Part shown: one piece after another, positions 11,560 through 23,430 of the stretch
Numbering within the stretch: the stretch's first letter is position 1
How the letters are laid out: each line of letters opens with the position of its first letter
From: Mobula hypostoma
Lineage: Eukaryota
Reading direction: 5' to 3'
Length of the DNA: 64,000 nucleotides
Assembly: GCF_963921235.1 (NCBI RefSeq)
Contig: NC_086101.1
Span: forward strand, 5,458,001-5,522,000
Made by a program: the position numbers and the translations under genes
The notes under the pieces: generated by a model
What the model was told of the DNA's origin: nothing
Databases searched by the model: none
The model's input: the letters and a program-made list of their open reading frames with translations, nothing else

Positions 11560-13730
11560 AACAGGCACCCTGTTGGTTGGACAAGCCAGGGAAGTACGAT
11601 ATGGAGAGAAAGCTGTTGCCCATGCAGCAGTCTCCCCCTCTGCATGCAGCTGATGAATCCAAAGGAATGGCAGAGTTTGGATCAGTGATGCTGTAGAAGT
11701 TGGCAGTCAGTGTCGAACTAAAGGAGGACATAAATAATCTTCCAGAAATAGTAAGGGACAGAGGGTCCAGTGAGATGGAGGAACTGAGCGAAATACATGT
11801 TAGTAGGGAAGTGGTGTTAGGTAAATTGAAGGGATTGAAGGCAGATAAATCCCCAGGGCCAGATGGTCTGCATCCCAGAGTGCTTAAGGAAGTGGCCCAA
11901 GAAATAGTGGATGCATTAGTGATAATTTTTCAAAACTCGTTAGATCCTGGACTAGTTCCTGAGGATTGGAGGGTGGCTAATGTAACCCCACTTTTTCAAA
12001 AAGGAGGGAGAGAGAAACCGGGGAATTATAGGCCGGTTAGCCTAACGTCGGTGGTGGGGAAACTGCTGGAGTCAGTTATCAAGGATGTGATAACAGCACA
12101 TTTGGAAAGCGGTGAAATGATCGGACAAAGTCAGCATGGATTTGTGAAAGGAAAATCATGTCTGACGAATCTCATAGAATTTTTTGAGGATGTAACTAGT
12201 AGAGTGGATAGGGGAGAACCAGTGGATGTGGTATATTTGGATTTTCAAAAGGCTTTTGACAAGGTCCCACACAGGAGATTAGTGTGCAAACTTAAAGCAC
12301 ATGGTATTGGGGGTAAGGTATTGGTGTGGGTGGAGAATTGGTTAGCAGACAGGAAGCAAAGAGTGGGAATAAACGGGACCTTTTCAGAATGGCAGGCGGT
12401 GACTAGTGGGGTACCGCAAGGCTCAGTGCTGGGACCCCAGTTGTTTACAATATATATTAATGACTTGGATGAGGGAATTAAATGCAGCATCTCCAAGTTT
12501 GCGGATGACACGAAGCTGGGTGGCAGTGTTAGCAGTGAGGAGGATGCTAAGAGGATGCAGGGTGACTTGGATAGGTTGGGTGAGTGGGCAAACTCATGGC
12601 AGATGCAATTTAATGTGGATAAATGTGAAGTTATCCACTTTGGTGGCAAAAATAGGAAAACAGATTATTATCTGAATGGTGGCCGATTAGGAAAAGGGGA
12701 GGTGCAACGAGACCTGGGTGTCATTATACACCAGTCATTGAAAGTGGGCATGCAGGTACAGCAGGCGGTGAAAAAGGCGAACGGTATGCTGGCATTTATA
12801 GCGAGAGGATTCGAGTACAGGAGCAGGGAGGTACTACTGCAGTTGTACAAGGCCTTGGTGAGACCACACCTGGAGTATTGTGTGCAGTTTTGGTCCCCTA
12901 ATCTGAGGAAAGACATCCTTGCCATAGAGGGAGTACAAAGAAGGTTCACCAGATTGATTCCTGGGATGGCAGGACTTTCATATGAAGAAAGACTGGATGA
13001 ACTGGGCTTGTACTCGTTGGAATTTAGAAGATTGAGGGGGGATCTGATTGAAACGTATAAGATCCTAAAGGGATTGGACAGGCTAGATGCGGGAAGATTG
13101 TTCCCGATGTTGGGGAGGTCTAGAACGAGGGGTCACAGTTTGAGGATAGAGGGGAAGCCTTTTAGGACCGAGGTTAGGAAAAACTTCTTCACACAGAGAG
13201 TGGTGAATCTGTGGAATTCTCTGCCACAGCAAACTGTTGAGGCCAGTTCATTAGCTATGTTTAAAAGGAAGTTAGATATGGCCCTTGTGGCTACAGGGGT
13301 CACGGGGTATGGAGGGAAGGCTGGGTTCTGAGTTGGATGATCAGCCATGATCATAATAAATGGCGGTGCAGGCTCGAAGGGCCGAATGGCCTACTCCTGC
13401 ACCTATTTTCTATGTTTCTATGTTTCTAAACGTAGGATTGCCTTAGGGGTTCCAGCTTCGAATTTTCCCCATAGGCACAAGGCAGCGGAGGTTTGAGATT
13501 AGAATTTTTCTTCCCCTAGATGAACTGCCAATCACGGATGACGAGCCCCAACTGCACGAAAAGACTCATTTTAAGGCATCAGTAACCCAGTTTTGCCCTT
13601 CTCCTGTCAGTAGAAACAGTTCTACCAGGGTTAGTAGCTAAGCCCCATGTGAAGGGCAAGAGATGGACGTGTTTGTCAGAGGCTGTTGGAGACTTGACAC
13701 CATTGGGAGCATTTAATAGGTCGTAGGAAA
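11560..13730 (-). mobile_element. RTE-related non-autonomous element, split by the CR1 at 11723-13425
   Basis: Joining the flanks restores a sequence colinear with the opposite-strand copy at 14260-14660 (agaaggaaaactctgatctcaaacc, an RTE-type 5' motif). Third copy at ~62390-62645. Confidence 0.65.
11723..13425 (+). mobile_element. Young 5'-truncated CR1 LINE with uninterrupted ORF2 RT and C-terminus
   Basis: About 535 open codons (KSPGPDGLHPRVL, YRPVSLTS, DFQKAFDKVPH, GVPQGSVLGP, FADDTK); 3' (ttctatgt)n tail; CTAAA duplicated at 11718-11722 and 13426-13430. No endonuclease domain, so not autonomous. Confidence 0.96.
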
Positions 13731-14259
13731 CACCCAGCTATGATAACTTTAAGGAAACACATCAGTAATAGATCTGAGAATATTAGTTAGTGTTTCATCT
13801 CACTAGCACCAGGAAGGAGGTGCAGGAGTATCAGGACCAGATTGGGCAGCAGCTTCTTCCCTCGGGCTGTGAGGCCCGTGGCAGGGTGGCGCATCGCGGT
13901 CTTGTCACTAGTACAGCAAGCTCTTTACCGTTTACCTGTGCTTTGCACTAGGTGCATCTTGAATTATATTTTATTAACTGATTTAAGGTAATATTTTGTT
14001 TAATGTGCTGTGCGTAGTGCATGTTTTGTGGGTGCAACATGGTCTGGAGAAACGTTATTTCGTTTGGTTGTGCGGACAAACACATGGCAAAAACTTGAAC
14101 TTGAGCCAGTCCATTCATAACATCTGAGTGTTATCTACCAACATGTTTGACAGAGGAGCAGAATGAGGCCATCAGCCTATCCAGTATACTCCACCTGACT
14201 CGAGTATGAACTATTCTCAGCAGAATTAACTGGTGAACTGATAAATAGTTGTCATAGTC

Positions 14260-14660
14260 GGGGGAGGTAGTGGGTCAAGCTCCCACTACCTATTAGATGC
14301 TCCCAATGGGGTGCATCTCAAAGAGCCTCTGACAACCAAGTCCAGCCGCTGGCCTTCACATGTAGCTTAGCTACTAAGCCCGGCGGAACTGTTTCGACTG
14401 ACAGAAGGGGCAAAGGCAGGTTATTGACGCTTTGGGCCGATGGGGCTTGTCAGCTGTGGATGGCAGCTCATCCAGGAGAAGGAAAACTCTGATCTCAAAC
14501 CTCTGCTGCCTTGAAGCTATATCCGCTCATGGGGAAGGCTTCGGGAGTAAACCCCAAGGAAAAAATCCAGAGCTGGAGTCCCTAGGGTGGTCCTACATTG
14601 AGCTCAACGCTGACTGGCAACTCCTGCAACGCCGCTGGTGCCGAACTGCATTGGTCACAC
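14260..14660 (+). mobile_element. RTE-related non-autonomous element, 5' part
   Basis: Inverted homologue of 13430-13730. Starts with a perfect 10-bp hairpin AGGTAGTGGG/CCCACTACCT (14265-14291). Confidence 0.65.
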
Positions 14661-14889
14661 CGGTGGGTGGTGGGGGGGGGGGAGGGAGGTAACCTACAAC
14701 AAGGGCAATAACTTGCACTCCTTATCGTACTGCTCTGCCTCGCGTATCACACAGCCAGCACACAATACCCACGATCAAACCCTGCCAACAGAGGGCGTCA
14801 AGAATATATCACAATATGTGTGTTATCTACCACTGCATTCACCTGGGTATCATTAGCTTCAACATGTTTAACAGGTACATTCTTCATTC

Positions 14890-15680
14890 AAAATACAAGA
14901 GATTCTGCAGATGATGAAAATCCAGAGTAACACACACACAAAATGGGGGACTTGATAGAGGTGTTTAGAATTATGAGGGGGATAGATAGAGGTGACGTGG
15001 ATAGGCTGTTTCCATTGAGAGTGGGGGAGATTCAAACAAGAGGACATGAGTTGAGAGTTAAGGGCAAAAGTTTAGGGGTAACATGAGGGGGAACTTCTTT
15101 ACTCAGAGAGTGGTAGCTGTGTGGAACGAGCTTCCAGCAGAAGTGGTTGAGGCAGGTTCAATATTGTCATTTAAACTTAGATTGGACAGCTATATGGACA
15201 GGAAAGGAATGGAGGGTTATGGGCTGAGAGCAGGTCGGTGGGACTAGGTGAGAGTAAGAGTTCGGCACGGACTAGAAGGGCCAAGATGGCCTGTTTCCGT
15301 GCTGTAACTGTTGTATGGTTAAAATGCTGGAGGAACTCAGCAGGTCAGGCAGCAGCTATGGAGAGCAATAAACAGTCAATGTTTCAGGTTGAGAATGGAA
15401 AAGAAGCTGGAATAAGAAGGGGGGAGGTGCACAAGTTTGAAGGTGATGGGGGAGGAGAGAAGGGATGAAGTAAGAGGCTGGGAAGTGATTGGTGGATAAG
15501 GCAAAGGGCCGACGAAGGAGCAATCTGATAGGACAGGAGAGTGGACCATGGGAGAAAGGGACGGAGGAGGGGAACCTTGGGGAGGTGATAGGGAGGTTAG
15601 GAGAAAAGAGGAGGTGAGAGGGGAGCCAGAGTGGGGAATTGAAGAAAAGCGAAGGGAGAGGGTGGAAAATTAGTGAAAAC
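14890..15680 (-). mobile_element. Penelope-like pseudo-LTR interrupted by a + strand CR1 3' fragment (14946-15320)
   Basis: The Penelope-type repeat resumes after the CR1 piece; AAAATG is duplicated at 14940-14945 and 15321-15326. Confidence 0.75.
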
Positions 15681-15779
15681 CTTCATAATTAGTGTGTTTA
15701 TAATAAACCCGTGCATTTTTAACCAGTGCATCATTAACCTGAACACCCATTTATAACCAATGTATTATCAATTGATTAC

Positions 15780-16312
15780 GTTTGGTCTCCAAATTTGAGG
15801 AAGGACCATCTTGCTATTGAGGGAGTGCAGCGTAGGTTCACAAGGTTAATTCCCGGGATGGCGGGACTGTCATATGTCGAAAGATTGGAGCGACTGGGCT
15901 TGTATACCCTGGAATTTAGAAGGCTGAGAGGGGATCTTATTGAAACATGTAAGATTATTAAGGGATTGGACACGCTGGAGGCAGGAAGCATGTTCCCGCT
16001 GATGGGTGAGTCCAGAACCAGAGGCCACAGTTTAAGAATAAGGAGTAGGCCATTTAGAATGGAGTTGAGGAAAAACTTTTTCACCCAGAGAGTGGTGGAT
16101 ATGTGGAATGCTCTGCCCCAGAAGGCTGTGGAGGCCAAGTCTCTGGATGCTTTCAAGAAAGAGACGGAGAGAGCTCTTAAAGATAGTGGAATCAAAGGTT
16201 ATGGAGATAAGGCAGGAACTGGATACTGATTGTGAATGATCAGCCATGATCACAGTGAATGGCGGTGCTGGCTCGAAGGGCCGAATGGCCTACTCCTGCA
16301 CCTATTGTCTAT
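15780..16312 (+). mobile_element. CR1 LINE 3' fragment
   Basis: Open ORF2 C-terminus (IEGVQRRFTRLIPGM...GYGDKAG) plus 3' UTR. Confidence 0.93.
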
Positions 16313-16764
16313 TGATTAGCACATTGTTAACCCAGGCATTAACTAACACATTAAGAATTAAACTAAACTGCAATAACCTGGACTCTACTAACAATCCAGG
16401 CATTGTCAGCCAGTGAATTATTAACTCCAGCACTTATTTAAAAAATAACATAATGAATCTGCATTAAGAACATAATCACTAGGGTTTAACAAGAACAAGG
16501 CTGTATATGATTGTCTCTTACAAGCCATGCCCGAGCTCCGTGTATGAGATTGCCATGTTCATCACTTTCATGTACGGTCTGTCCTCATGCATCCTAAGGG
16601 TGTGATGAGTGGTAATCCATTGTACGTTAAGTGTGTGAACTATAAATCTGTCTGCAGACCGTATTGTGTGTATATTTAATTATAGACTTCACCACTTTGC
16701 TCTCTTTTTGCACTACATTAAAATTTTTTTTAACTGTAATTTGGAGGCAGAAGAAAGGAAATGA

Positions 16765-18040
16765 TATGCCAGTTAGCTTGACTTCAGTGGCTGGAAAGAT
16801 GTTGGGAGTCCGGAGTTAATGATGAGAATTTGGACACATAGGCCGAAGTCAGCATGGTTTCCTTGAGGGGATTCCTGCCCGATAAATCTGCTGTAACTCT
16901 TTGAAAAATAACAGACAAGATAGGCAAAGAAGAATCAGACGATGGTGTTTACTTCATCTCAAGAGGCTACGATAAAAGCCCATGGTATTACAGAAAATAT
17001 TCTAACATGGAGAGAAGATTGGCTGACCGGCAGGAGGCAAAGAGTGGGAATAAGGAGGACCTTTCCTCCTTGGCTGCTGATTACTAGTTGTATTCCACAG
17101 GCATTGGTATCAGGACCACTTTTATATGTCAATGATTTGGATGATAGAGTTGATGACTTTGTGGCAAAGTTTGCAGACAATACGCAGATAGGTCCAGGGA
17201 CAGGTAGTGTTTAGAAAGCAGGCTGTCTGCAGAAGGACTTAAATAGATTGGGGGAATGTGCAAAGATGAGGCAGATAGAATGCAGTGTACATGTTCATAC
17301 ACTTTGGTAGAAACAGGGAGAAGGTTCAAAACTCAGAGATTCAAAGGGACTTGGGAATCCTTGTGCAGGATCCGAAAGGACTAACTTCCAGGTTGAGTCA
17401 GCGGAAAGGAAGCCAAATGCAATGTTAGCATTCATTTTGAGAGGACTAGAATATAAGAGCAAGGATGTGATGCTGAGGTTTTATAAAACATTGGACAGAC
17501 TGCACATTTGAGTATTGTGAGCAGTTTTGGGTCCCTTATCTAAGAAAAGACGTGCTGGCGTTGGAGAAGGTCCAGAGGAGGTTTACGAGAATGATCCCAG
17601 GAACGGAAGGGTTAACATACGAGGAGTGTTTGATGACTCTGGGCCTGTACTCACAGGAGTTTCAAAGAATGTGGCGGGATCTTGTTGAAACCCGACAAAT
17701 ATTGAAAGGCCTAGATAGAGTGGATCTGGAGAGATTGTTTCCCATAGTGAAGGGGGGTGGTCTAGGACTAGAGGGTATAGCCTCCGAATATAGGCTGTTG
17801 ATTTAGAATGGAGATGAGGAGGAATTTCTTTAGGCAGGGTGAGGTGAACCTGTAGAAATCATTGCCACAGACAGCTATGGCGGGCCAGTCATTGAGTATA
17901 TTTAAAACAGAGGTTGATAGACTCTTGATTAGTCAGGGCATCATAGGTTATGGGGAGAACAGGGGTTGAGAGGGATAATAAATCAGCCATGGTGTGGCAG
18001 AGCAGACTCAATGGGGTTCTGCTCCGATGCCTTATGGTCT
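16765..18040 (+). mobile_element. Old, decayed CR1 LINE
   Basis: 'RRQRVGI', 'KFADNT', 'LEKVQRRFTRMIPG' fragments with frameshifts. Confidence 0.88.
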
Positions 18041-18319
18041 AAAGTGTCTTCACAACATCATAGGCCAAAGGACCTGTACTGTGCTGTACGTTCCAGGTAC
18101 GATGTCTGCAATCCTTCCATTCCAGTCTCTCAATCCTCTGTAATTCCCATCACCACTACTTGTATCCAGGCTCAGGGCTAGGGAATTTCCTCACAGAACC
18201 TTTTCAAAAATGTCCACTATCTCCATCTAACCAAGTGTTTGACTACCTATGTGAACATTTCCCTGGGAGGCCTGGAGTCTGTATCGTTACTTTGAGTGTT
18301 TTCTAGATTAATGCCCTCA

Positions 18320-18570
18320 GCAATTCAGGCAGCATCTATGCAGAAGAACAAAACAGTCAACATTTTGAGCCGAGGTCTTTCATCTGGACTGACGAAGGGT
18401 CTTGGCCTGGAATGTGAACAGTCCCGACGAAAGTTCTCGGTCCGAAACATTGACTGATCTGAAGAAGGGTCTCAGCCCAAAACGTTGACTGTTTCTTCCC
18501 CGACCTGCTGAGTTCCTCCAGTATTTTGCATGTGTTGAGTCTGGATTTCCAGCATCTGCAGAATCTCTTG
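18320..18570. ncRNA. Penelope-derived foldback with a tandem trimer of degenerate hammerhead cores
   Basis: CTGACGA (18389), CCGACGA (18424) and CTGAAGA (18459) at an exact 35-bp period, each followed by stem-II and GAAAC-like sequence; one inverted copy at ~18354-18391. Confidence 0.6.
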
Positions 18571-18790
18571 TGCTAACAAGGAGCACATCACTGTTTTGCG
18601 TCAAGAGGTATCTGTTGGAAAAAAAAAGGAGACAGATCGAGGAACTTTTTCCAATCCAGGACAACCTCTGCCAAAGGTTCCCTTTACAAAAAAAGAAACT
18701 GTTTTTAAGTTACAGAGTCCTCGGTGGTCAGCAATGGCTTTTACCTGGGGAAGAAGAGAAATCAGTTAGAGAGAGAGAGTGGGGGGGTAC

Positions 18791-19156
18791 CTGAGATTCT
18801 GGTAACGTTAACAGGTTGTAATGGACGGTCCAAGGAGCTGCCATAAAGGTACAGGTCATAGCTTTTCCCCACGATTAGCCCTGTTATGGTGGCTGTCTGC
18901 TGACTTCCCCTGAGCACCAGCTTGGCCTGAACCACCTGAGTGAGCGAGTCCCGGTAGGCCAAGACCAGCCGGTCGAACGGGCTGCCTGCCACCTCCCAGG
19001 AGAGCTGAGCGCAGCTGGAAGTGGCGTTCCACACCATGAGGCCCGTCTGCTCTGGGGAGCTTGGGTAAGTCAGATGCCTGGGGCTAATGACCAGAGGAGG
19101 ACGCTGGGTTTGAGAGGAGATTTGAGATGAAGTTTCGAATTCTACATTTTGTTCTT
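18791..19156 (-). CDS. tnxb: Short linker plus divergent FN3 exon (...GLMVWNATSSCAQLSWEVAGSPFDRLVLAYRD...KSYDLYLYG...)
   Basis: Acceptor gttttcttttcaacag|AA GAA, donor TCA G|gtaccc, 366 bp = 122 codons, phase 1-1. Confidence 0.85.
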
Positions 19157-19369
19157 CTGTTGAAAAGAAAACAGAGCATGAATGCGGGGCAAAAGGGAAC
19201 AAAGTCAACATCTGCTTGGAACCATTTTATCAAATATTGCATGTAATATCTCTTCAAGATGATGGTGAAACCAACGACGGATGGAAAGACTACATCAAAT
19301 AATCCCTAAAACTGCCCATGATAATGCTCCATTATCCATGGACTTCCTTTACAGCAACTAACTACTTTC

Positions 19370-19810
19370 ATGGTGGGGTGCACTGGGTATCCAGGGAGGG
19401 GCAGCACCTCTGGACAAGGGGTTTGTCGTATCTATTTTGGGGCAGCTCACTCCCCTTCAGTTCCCACCGGCCACCCGTGGAACCAAGCAGCTGTTTGCAT
19501 GTGACAGTGGCCACACCCCCATACACCTCTTCGACAGGTAGGCAAAACGGGTGAGGGTGGCTAACTGCCTTGCGCCCCGGTGAGATAGGGACGTGCCTGC
19601 CCGAGCGTGTGAGGGCGGCTCTGGCGGGCAGCGCAGATGAGATCCAACGGCCAGGAAGGCGGTTCGGCCATGCTTCGTGGGAGGCGAAGGGCATGGCAAG
19701 GCACTGGAGTCAGGGACATCCAATGCAACCAGTGGTGATGACTACTTGTACCACCAAACCTGCAACTCCAAGGTCGAGAGAGCGGAAATGCTCCAGTGCA
19801 CTGGGAAGTT
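19370..19810 (+). mobile_element. Probable RTE-clade LINE 5' UTR fragment
   Basis: GC/CpG-rich non-coding block whose motifs resemble RTE 5' regions (gtggtgatgactacttgtaccacc). Recognised by eye only. Confidence 0.35.
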
Positions 19811-20249
19811 GGAAGAATCAGAACCCAGATAAACAACAATGGACAACTGGAGAATTCACATTCTCCCTGGGCTCTACACCCCAAGGGACAAAACTTACAG
19901 TGGTTTCACTTTGATTTCTTATTGGACGCAGCATTAAATGTTTTGTTTCAGGGATGGATGGCTACTGCTGGTGTGGAATTTCCACCATGTAAACGTTAAC
20001 AATTCAGAAAGAGGCCATTCAGCCCATTGGAGCCATGTTATCTCCTTTGGAATAATCAGTTCCTCTCTTTCCTCACAGCTCTTTATTGACCAGAATTTGT
20101 CAAATACTCCACTTAAAAGCTCCCGCCAAATTTACGCTGTTCGTTGCTGCTTTCACTGCCCTGCCATGCAGGGTATTGCCCATGGCAAATCACTGAGTTG
20201 ATACAGGGTTCCCTTGCAAGAACAATGCAAATTCAATATAAGTCACAGG

Positions 20250-20960
20250 ACGTAAGACCTTAGGATATAGGAAAAGAATTAGGCCATTTGGCCCATCGAG
20301 TCTGCTCCACCATTGCATCATTGCTGATTTATTATCCCTCTCAACCCCATTCTCCTGGATATAACATGTTAGGTGTTGGGGGACAAGTTTAAAACCCATA
20401 GGGCTCTACAGTACAGAAGCAAGCTGTCTGGCCCTTGCTGATCTGTTATTTTACACCTGGACCATAGCCCTTCATGCCCCCTCCCATCCACGTACCTATC
20501 CTAACTTCTCTTAAATGTTGCAATCGAATCCGTACCCTGAGCCTTCGCTGCCAGCTCATTCCACACTCTCACCACCCTCTGAGGGAAGAAGACTCCCCTC
20601 AAGCTCTCCTTAAATATTTCCACCTTTCACCCTTAACCTATGACCACTAGTTCTAGTCTCACCCGATCTCAGTGGAAAAAGCCGTCTATGGCAATGATCT
20701 ACACAGATTCACCACTCTCTGGCTAAAGAAATTCCTCCTTATCTTTGTTCTAAAAGGAAAACCTTTTCTGAGGGTCTGACCTCTGGTCCTAAACTCTCCC
20801 ACCATAGAAAATATCCTCTTCACTCTATCTGGGGCTTTTAATAGTTGATAGGTTTCAATGAGACTCCCCCCTCATTTTCCTAAAGTCCAGAGTCACCCAA
20901 TGCTCCTTATGTGTGAACTCTTTCATTCCTGGGAACATGCTGATGAATCTCTCTAGCGGC
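20250..20960 (-). mobile_element. Cluster of CR1 3' fragments
   Basis: CR1 3' UTR (aattaggccatttggcccatcgag) and ORF2 C-terminal remnants. Confidence 0.75.
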
Positions 20961-21182
20961 AGCACACCCTTTCTTAGACATGGGGCACCAGGGAAGTGGA
21001 AGCAGATCCCGCCAGGGCTGTCCAAATGGAATTGGATGGCCACCTGGAAATATTCCGCAGGGCTGTGAGGAAAGGCCTGATGAGCGGACCCGAGAGCTTT
21101 AGTGAGCTTGGAGTCAGCACAGAACACAATGGGTTAACTGGGCTCTTTCTGCACCGTAGGAACTCGATGTTTCTGTAAGTAC

Positions 21183-21962
21183 CTCCAGGAATCCCATGTG
21201 GAGTTGTTTCCAATCTCCCTGACTGAGAAGGGTTCCCAGCTCCTTTACTGACTTGCCGGCCATCGAGAGGTGTCCCCGGAACTCTGTTCAAAGATGGATG
21301 AAGGTCAGGTTCTTTTTGCCCCCTCGGCCTGGGGACTGACCCTGGGGATCCAGGCTTCCCTCTCGTCGTGGGAACAATCCCCGGGGCTCTAACTCTGGAC
21401 CTGGGGTGGGGCCCTGGGAGTCCGCCAAGCCCATACTTCCCTTTCGACGTGGGAATGGTTTCTGGGGACCTGGCGCGATGAATCGTTCCTCCAGGCAACG
21501 GAACTCTGCCAGGTGATCCACCACGTTGATCCTTTCCCCAAGGAGTGGTTTTGGTCCCCGGGGATCCATGGTTTCCATTACGTCCCGAAGACATGGTGTT
21601 GGACCCTGGGGACACAATGACCCTTCTTCCGGGACTCCCCAGTTTCCCCGTTCCCATTAGGGACTGCTGCTGCGCCTTGGCATTGGGGCTTCTACGGCCT
21701 TCCGGCTCTTTCTGGTCGTCCGTTGGCAGTGGTTTGGGAGGCCAGACGGTGAGCCGCACCCTGGGGGAGCGGAAGGGTTTTCGGCCAAACGCCGTGTGGT
21801 GCCGGACGGCGGGGTGCCCCACCGTGCCCCTGTCAGCCGGGAGTCCAGCTACCGCTATCCTCCTGGAGATGGCCTTTGAGATGTCCTGGATAGACTGGCT
21901 CCCATTGGCAGCCAGCGTGCGGCTGGAGTGGCTGCCAGCCAGTTCCCGATGGGCGAGACTTT
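21183..21962 (-). CDS. tnxb: Large non-FN3 linker exon, basic and Gly/Pro/Ser/Arg-rich, with GSPG repeats
   Basis: Acceptor ctctgtttcaacag|AA AGT, donor GGA G|gtactt, 780 bp = 260 codons with no stop, phase 1-1. GC-rich unique sequence on the gene strand. Confidence 0.75.
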
Positions 21963-22479
21963 CTGTTGAAACAGAGCTGGCATTTAATATCCGTGATCTC
22001 ACGGCAGTGACGAGACAGCGAACGGCTCAACTGGCTGGTGCAATCCTCTGATTTCAATGTTATATCCAGCTAACCCCACTCACAGGTGTGTTGAAACCTC
22101 TCTGCTCTTCTTAGCAGCATCAGCAACACTTCAAGAGCCTCAACATGCAAAGCAGATGAAACAGTTGCACCATATGGAACCCATAGAGAGGAATTCGTTT
22201 AGTTCAGGATGTGTGTGGGAGGGAGGAAAGGGGCTTGTTTTTCTGTTGTTTTGTTACCAGTTGTGTTCTCTGTTGTTCTGTTGAATGTTGTGGACATTCT
22301 GTGTTGGCAGCGGAGTGCGTGGCAATCCTCGCGGGCTGCCCCCAGCACATCCTCGGGTTGTGTTAGGATGGTAACGCAAACAGAGCATCTCCCCGTCTGT
22401 TTGGACGTACGCTTGACAGACAAATGGATCTGAACCCGAAGCCCACGGGAACTTCGATCAAAGAACTTTGACAAAGCAG

Positions 22480-23430
22480 CCCAGACCCAGAGAACTGCGG
22501 AGGAGATTTGCCAGGATGCTGTCTGGACTAGAGAGTGTGACTTATGGGGATAGGTCAAGCGAGCTCGTGATTTTTGCTCTGGAGTGAAGGACGGTGAGAG
22601 GTGAGTTGATATAAGTGATAAGAGGCATAGATAGAGTGGACGGCCAGAGATTGTTTTCCAGGGTGGAAATAGCTAAGACAGGGCATAATTTTAAGGTAAC
22701 TGGAGGAAAGTACGAGGGGGATGGCAGAGGGAGGCTTTTATTTTTACCCAGAGACTGGGTGGGTGTGTGGAACATCCTGCCAGGGGTGGTGGGAGAGGCA
22801 GATACATTAGGGATATTTTAGATAGGGACATGATGAAGGAAAAATGGTGGGCTAGGTGGGTGGGACGGGTAAGATTGATCTTCGAGTAGGTTCAAAGGCC
22901 AGCACAACATTGTGGGCCGAAGGGCCGTACTGCTCTTTGTTTTCTATAACACCAAGCTGTGAACACACCCAGTCAGCCTGACGCAGTGCGTTGAGTGGGT
23001 AGTACATCACTCGCTTCTGCTGCAGTTTGCCCCGACTGCTGTATGGACAGTATCTGCTCCTCAGTGATGAAATACCCGCTTGCCCCGACGACTGCAACCC
23101 TGTCATAGAGCGTGGGCAGTATCTGTTTCTCAGTGATGAAATACCAGAGGGCATACATTGAAGATGAGGGCTGGGGCAAGTTGAAAGGAGGTGTTAGGGG
23201 CAAGTGTTTTCTTTACACAGAGAGTGGTGAGTGTCTGGAAAACACTGCCTGGGTTGATGGTAGAGGCCGGTACACTTGGGGCATTTAAGAGACGTTTACA
23301 TAGGCAGACGAATGTGAGGAAATAGTGTAGGCTGAAGGGATTCATTCGGTTGGACACTTGATGACTAGTTTGGTTGGTTTGGCGCTGTCGGTGGGTGGGG
23401 TCTTTTCCTGCTCTATGTGCTATGTTGTAT
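22480..23430 (+). mobile_element. Two CR1 3' fragments with an intervening degraded repeat
   Basis: 'IRGIDRVDGQRLF' peptide, 'ttgtgggccgaagggccgtactg' 3' UTR and a second 'ttacacagagagtggtgagtgtctggaa' segment. Confidence 0.75.

Noticed and set aside
11700..13331. 543-aa ORF as a host gene or autonomous retroelement
   Set aside because: It is a 5'-truncated CR1 ORF2. The first residues come from the flanking element, the start codon is not ATG, and the endonuclease is missing.
18730..18790. Branch-point/pyrimidine/CAG|GTAAAA site 46 nt after an exon donor (micro-intron or recursive site)
   Set aside because: 46 nt is below the usual vertebrate intron minimum and use gives an immediate stop (GKSHC*). 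No support without RNA data.
21545..22051. Plus-strand ORFs overlapping exons (also 10741-11081, 53188-53691, 59820-60251)
   Set aside because: Antisense shadows of GC-rich coding exons.
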